Of a DNA stretch of 64,000 nucleotides, positions 59,698-64,000 are shown piece by piece. The notes under the pieces were generated by a model that saw only the letters and a program-made list of their open reading frames with translations, had not been told where the DNA came from and did not search any database. The stretch is taken from contig JAFQFC010000063.1 in the NCBI GenBank assembly GCA_017415775.1, positions 836-64,835 on the forward strand, given 5' to 3'. The position numbers and the translations under genes are program-made. This DNA comes from Oscillospiraceae bacterium. GTDB taxonomy: Bacteria; Bacillota; Clostridia; Oscillospirales; Oscillospiraceae. Each line of letters opens with the position of its first letter. Positions within the stretch are counted from its first letter, which is position 1.

Positions 59698-61788
59698 ATG
59701 GACCCTAAAAAGAATTCCCCCGACAAGAAAAATGGGAATAACAAGAAGAATAAAAATCTCAAAGGTATTTTAACGCTGGTGCTGTGGGCCGTGGTGCTGA
59801 CGCTGGGCCTGAACCTGCTCAACAGCCGTTTGACGCAGGCATCCCAGCACGAGATCACCTACAGCGAGTTCATCTCCATGGTGAAGGCCGACGAGGTGAA
59901 GGAGATCCTCTTCGACAGCGGTTTTGTGTATATCACGCCGGTGGATTCCTACGTCTACACCGATGAGGACGGCAAGACCTACGACGCCAAGAATGTCAAG
60001 CTCTACACCGCCGCCATTGATAACCCCAACCTGTTTGATCTGTTGGATGAGCATCCCTCTATTTCCTACACCAGCACCTATCAGACAGCTGCAGATCTGA
60101 TGCTGGCTTTCTTCATTAACTTCCTGCTGCCCGTAGTGCTGATGGTCGGCGCTTTTATGCTGATCATGAAGGTCATGAGCAAGAATGGCGGCGGCATGGG
60201 CGGCATCGGCAGCGTAGGCAAGGCCAACGCCAAGGTGTATATGGAAAAATCCACCGGCGTCACCTTCAAGGATGTGGCCGGTCAGGACGAGGCCAAGGAA
60301 TCTCTGGAGGAGATCATCGACTTCCTGCACAATCCCGGCAAGTACACCGCCATCGGCGCTCGCCTGCCCAAGGGTGCGCTGCTGGTGGGCTCTCCCGGTA
60401 CCGGTAAGACGCTACTGGCCAAGGCCGTGGCAGGCGAAGCAGGCGTGCCCTTCTTCTCCATCTCCGGCTCCGACTTTGTGGAAATGTTCGTGGGCGTGGG
60501 TGCCAGCCGTGTGCGTGACCTGTTTAAGGAAGCCGCCAAGGTGGCCCCCTGCATCATCTTCATCGACGAGATCGACACCATCGGCAAGACCCGTGACGGC
60601 GGCCGCTTCGGCGGCAACGACGAGCGGGAGCAGACCCTTAACCAGCTGCTGGCCGAGCTGGACGGCTTTGACCCCGGCAAGGGCGTCATCGTGCTGGGCG
60701 CCACCAACCGTCCCGAGGTGCTGGACAAGGCGCTGCTGCGTCCCGGCCGCTTCGACCGCCGCATCACCGTGGACCGTCCCAACCTGGCAGGCCGTCTGGC
60801 CACCCTGCAGGTCCACACCCGCAACATCCATCTGGCCGAGGACGTGGATCTGAACAAGATCGCTCAGGCCACCGCCGGCTGCGTGGGTGCCGATCTGGCC
60901 AACCTGGTCAACGAGGCCGCACTGCGTGCCGTGCGCAAAGGCCGCAAGGCTGTCAATCAGAACGATCTGCTGGTGTCCTTCGAGGTGGTTATCGCCGGCA
61001 GCGAAAAGAAGGGTACTGTCCTCACCGAGGAAGAAAAGAAGATCATCGCCTACCACGAGGTGGGTCATGCGCTGGTGGCTGCCAAGCAGAAGAATGCCCA
61101 GCCTGTCAGCAAGATCACCATCGTGCCTCATACCCAGGGCGCTCTGGGCTACACCCTGCACCTGCCGGAGGAGGAAAAGTTCCTCATGAGCCGGGAGGAC
61201 ATTCTGGCCGAGATCCGCACCCTGCTGGCCGGCCGTTCCAGCGAGGAAGTGGTGTGCAATACCATGACCTCCGGCGCTGCCAACGACATCGAGCGTGCCA
61301 CCGAACTGGCCCGCAATCTGGTGGCCCGCTTCGGCATGACCGAGGAGTTCGACATGATGGCTCTGGGCACCGTCCACAACCAGTATCTGGACGGCACCTA
61401 CTCCATGTCCTGCGCTCAGGAGACTTACGCCGCCGCTGACCGTGCCACCATCGCCGTGATCCGCCAGTGCCACGAGGAGGCCAAGGCCATTCTGGTGGAA
61501 AACCGGGAACTGCTGGACAAGATCGCTGCGTACCTGCTGAAGAAAGAGACCATCACCGGTCAGGAAATGATGGCCATCATCGAAGGCCGCGATCCCGAAC
61601 TGGTGGACAACTACGGCGCCACCCGGGAGGACGAGCCCAAGCTGTTCCGCCCCAGCACCCCCAGCGTCATCGAGGCCCCCGCCAAGCACATCAATATTGT
61701 GTCCGAGCCGGTGCCCATGCCCGACTTTGAGGCTGAGGAAAAGCCCGCCGAGGACACTCCCGCCGAGGCGCCCAAGACGGAGGAATAA
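59698..61788 (+). CDS. ftsH: ATP-dependent zinc metalloprotease FtsH
   Basis: 2 [35 protein letters not shown]. Confidence 0.96.
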   Translation: MDPKKNSPDKKNGNNKKNKNLKGILTLVLWAVVLTLGLNLLNSRLTQASQHEITYSEFISMVKADEVKEILFDSGFVYITPVDSYVYTDEDGKTYDAKNVKLYTAAIDNPNLFDLLDEHPSISYTSTYQTAADLMLAFFINFLLPVVLMVGAFMLIMKVMSKNGGGMGGIGSVGKANAKVYMEKSTGVTFKDVAGQDEAKESLEEIIDFLHNPGKYTAIGARLPKGALLVGSPGTGKTLLAKAVAGEAGVPFFSISGSDFVEMFVGVGASRVRDLFKEAAKVAPCIIFIDEIDTIGKTRDGGRFGGNDEREQTLNQLLAELDGFDPGKGVIVLGATNRPEVLDKALLRPGRFDRRITVDRPNLAGRLATLQVHTRNIHLAEDVDLNKIAQATAGCVGADLANLVNEAALRAVRKGRKAVNQNDLLVSFEVVIAGSEKKGTVLTEEEKKIIAYHEVGHALVAAKQKNAQPVSKITIVPHTQGALGYTLHLPEEEKFLMSREDILAEIRTLLAGRSSEEVVCNTMTSGAANDIERATELARNLVARFGMTEEFDMMALGTVHNQYLDGTYSMSCAQETYAAADRATIAVIRQCHEEAKAILVENRELLDKIAAYLLKKETITGQEMMAIIEGRDPELVDNYGATREDEPKLFRPSTPSVIEAPAKHINIVSEPVPMPDFEAEEKPAEDTPAEAPKTEE

Positions 61789-61851
61789 TTCCCCAAAACG
61801 TTGAAAAGACCTGCTGTTTTGCAACAGCAGGTCTTTTTTTATGATTTGGGT

Positions 61852-62685
61852 TTACTTTGCGTCCTTCAGCCGCTGGCACAGCATGGGGATCATGCGCTCG
61901 AACTCCACGCCGTACCACGTCTCATTCTTGTCGGTGATGCGGATGCACTCCAGCGTATAGTCCACCGCCAGCTTCAGGGCATCTTCCATAGACAGATCAC
62001 GCATCAGACCGCCCATGACCACAGAGGAGAAGATGTCGCCGGTACCGTGGAAGGAAACAGGCAGCTTCTCGTTGAAGTAGGTGAAATACTCGCCGGTAGC
62101 GCCGTCGTAGGTCATGACGCCCACCTTGCCCGCTTCAAAGCTGACGCCGGTGAGAATGGCCTTCTTGGCGCCCAGGGCCACCAGGCGGTGCAGCAGGTCC
62201 TTGATATACGCCTCGTCGTACTCTTCCTTGTACTCTGCGCCGGTCAGCAGGCAGGCTTCCGTCAGGTTGGGGATCAGTACGTCGGCACGGGCCGCCACCT
62301 TGGCCATCTCGGCAGGGAACTCGGGGCCAAAACCGGCATAAAGCTTGCCGTGGTCGGCCATGGCGGGATCCACAAAGATCATGGTATCCTCGCTCTTGAG
62401 CATGTCGAAGAAAGCGCACACATCACCGATCTGCTCAGCGCTGGCGAGGTAGCCGGTGTAGATGGCGTCAAAATGCACCTTTTCGTCCTGCCAGTGGCGG
62501 GCAATGGGCAGGATCTGGTCGCTGAGGTCGCAGACGGTGAAGTTCTGGAACATGGTGTGGGTGCTGAGGACGGCGGTGGGCACGATGGCACACTCCACGC
62601 CCATGGCGGAAATGAGGGGCAGCGCCACGGTGAGGGAGCAGCGGCCCAGGCAGGAAATATCCTGAATGCTGGCAATACGTTTCAT
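61852..62685 (-). CDS. pdxK: Pyridoxal/pyridoxamine kinase
   Basis: QDISCLGRCSL, LSTHT, TGYL, DPAMAD, PNLTEA, HGTGD. Confidence 0.88.
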   Translation of the reverse strand: MKRIASIQDISCLGRCSLTVALPLISAMGVECAIVPTAVLSTHTMFQNFTVCDLSDQILPIARHWQDEKVHFDAIYTGYLASAEQIGDVCAFFDMLKSEDTMIFVDPAMADHGKLYAGFGPEFPAEMAKVAARADVLIPNLTEACLLTGAEYKEEYDEAYIKDLLHRLVALGAKKAILTGVSFEAGKVGVMTYDGATGEYFTYFNEKLPVSFHGTGDIFSSVVMGGLMRDLSMEDALKLAVDYTLECIRITDKNETWYGVEFERMIPMLCQRLKDAK

Positions 62686-62701
62686 CATCATTCTCCTTTG
62701 A

Positions 62702-62737
62702 GAAAAAATCGTGGTATGCGCCAAGCATACCACGATT
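62702..62737 (-). terminator. Hairpin with U-tract between the isochorismatase-family gene and pdxK
   Basis: Minus strand aatcgtggtatgc-ttggc-gcataccacgattttttct. Confidence 0.7.
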
Positions 62738-62784
62738 CTGGATATAAGGAAATCGCCAGTTTTATACCGAATGATAGCACCAGT

Positions 62785-63315
62785 TTAGTTGTTGATCACA
62801 GTGATCTGGCAGCAGGCCATGGTGGTCAGGGCCGCCTGATGGCTTGCGGGGCTGACGCCGGCGCAGCAGGCGGCGTCCACGGTCATATCCGCCTCGGGGA
62901 AGGCAGCCTTGAGGAGCATGGCGTTGGAAACCACGCAGATGTCGGTGCAAAGGCCGATCAGCTCCACGGTAAACTCCTCGCCGCCTGCCAGCTGCTCCAC
63001 CACCTCGGGCAAGGTCACTGCGCCGAAGGTGGGCTTTTCCACCACGGTGTAAGCACGATCAGCCAGATCCTCCGCCACGGCAGCGTTCAGCTGCCAGCCC
63101 TCCGTGTCACGGATGCAATGGGGCACCGGCAAAAAGCGGCCCTCACGGGTGTCCATATAGTCTTCTTCATGGGTATCGTAGGTGACGATGATCTCGCCGG
63201 CGAAGCTGCGGATCTTCTCCACCACGGCAGGCACGATGGCCTGCGCCTCGGCGCTGCCCAGCGCACCGTCCACAAAGTCCTTCTGCATATCCACAACGAT
63301 CAAAAAGTTTTTCAT
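62785..63315 (-). CDS. Isochorismatase/nicotinamidase-family cysteine hydrolase
   Basis: VVDMQKDF, DTH, PHC, EKPTFG, GLCTDICV. Confidence 0.88.
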   Translation of the reverse strand: MKNFLIVVDMQKDFVDGALGSAEAQAIVPAVVEKIRSFAGEIIVTYDTHEEDYMDTREGRFLPVPHCIRDTEGWQLNAAVAEDLADRAYTVVEKPTFGAVTLPEVVEQLAGGEEFTVELIGLCTDICVVSNAMLLKAAFPEADMTVDAACCAGVSPASHQAALTTMACCQITVINN

Positions 63316-63409
63316 CACCAGGGCCTCCTTTGATTTGTTGGCATGATCATACCATATTCTGCCGAAAAAGAAAAGAGTTCTGCCTTTGGGCAGAACTCTT
63401 TTTCCTGTT

Positions 63410-64000
63410 TCATTTGATTTCCGCAAAGTCCTGGCCAAAGACCTTCTCTGTCGTGGCGTGACTGACAGCGGCAGGACCGCCCAGCACTGCACCGGCCTGG
63501 ATGTTCTCTGCCTGGATATACTCTGCCGCAATGCTCTCAGCACCGGCACGGGTCAGCAGCAGCGGTGCTCCGGCCGCATAGGCCACCGGGCCGCCGCACA
63601 GTCCGTCGGGGAAGTTGCGGGAAAAGGCAATCAGTGCCGTCTGGGGTGCATCGAAATAACGCTGGGCGACCAGCACCGACGTATCCTCACGGCGCTCGCC
63701 GTACACACGGTCCGGCTTCTTGCCGGCAGCGCTTTCAATAGCAGCGGCCATCTTCTCACTCACCGCAGCGGTGCCGCCCAGAATCGTATAGGCGCTGTCG
63801 CTGTGGGCGGACAGATATGCCTGCTGCGCTGCACTCAGGCTCTTGTTGCTGTCCACCAGCAGGATGGGCAGGCCCGTGGCGGAGGCGGACAGGGAGTCGG
63901 CAAAGTTGCGGCCCGTGGCCACCAGGATCTCCTCACCGTTGACGCCGGCTTCCTCCAGGATCTTCAGGTTGGTGTCGTAGCGGGTATCACCGGCCAGGCG
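63410..64000 (-). CDS. Cell-wall-binding repeat 2 (CWB2) surface protein, 3' part
   Basis: RLAGDTRYDTN, ATGRNFADSLSAS..PILL, NFPDGL..PLLL, LGGxAAVS. Confidence 0.85.
   Translation of the reverse strand, partial: RLAGDTRYDTNLKILEEAGVNGEEILVATGRNFADSLSASATGLPILLVDSNKSLSAAQQAYLSAHSDSAYTILGGTAAVSEKMAAAIESAAGKKPDRVYGERREDTSVLVAQRYFDAPQTALIAFSRNFPDGLCGGPVAYAAGAPLLLTRAGAESIAAEYIQAENIQAGAVLGGPAAVSHATTEKVFGQDFAEIK

Overview
High-GC Clostridia-type chromosomal segment. The gene content (spore genes, ctsR, abrB) suggests a spore-forming Oscillospiraceae-like gut anaerobe, which is an inference. It holds about 60 mostly housekeeping genes: argG (partial), ctsR-mcsA-clpC, two ferredoxins, tRNA/rRNA methyltransferases, abrB, spmAB, argS, murI, thyA, folA, recG, nudC, uvrC, ptsH, a yqfC-yqfD-phoH-ybeY-era-yqzL-recO-mutS2 operon, a nucleoside ABC transporter with deoC/deoD, FMN riboswitch-ribU, a PerR/rubrerythrin/rubredoxin/ferritin cluster, an EF-G paralog, rlmB, ftsH and pdxK. 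I saw no rRNA, tRNA, CRISPR array, transposase or prophage. Most notable observations: (1) a 740-aa membrane protein that follows the P1B-type ATPase scaffold but has lost every catalytic motif; (2) a ctsR operon lacking mcsB with an internally shortened McsA; (3) a DeoR / MlrC-like M81 hydrolase / divergent FGGY kinase catabolic unit; (4) a MerR-RDD membrane-fused regulator with a classic MerR promoter; (5) a multi-hairpin MITE/REP-like insert between thyA and folA; (6) a CTGG-N14-CCAG motif shared by an ECF S-component gene and pdxK; (7) a pyruvate kinase lacking the C domain, coupled to uvrC; (8) a CxC-type rubredoxin. All calls come from motif recognition by eye; no database searches were run.
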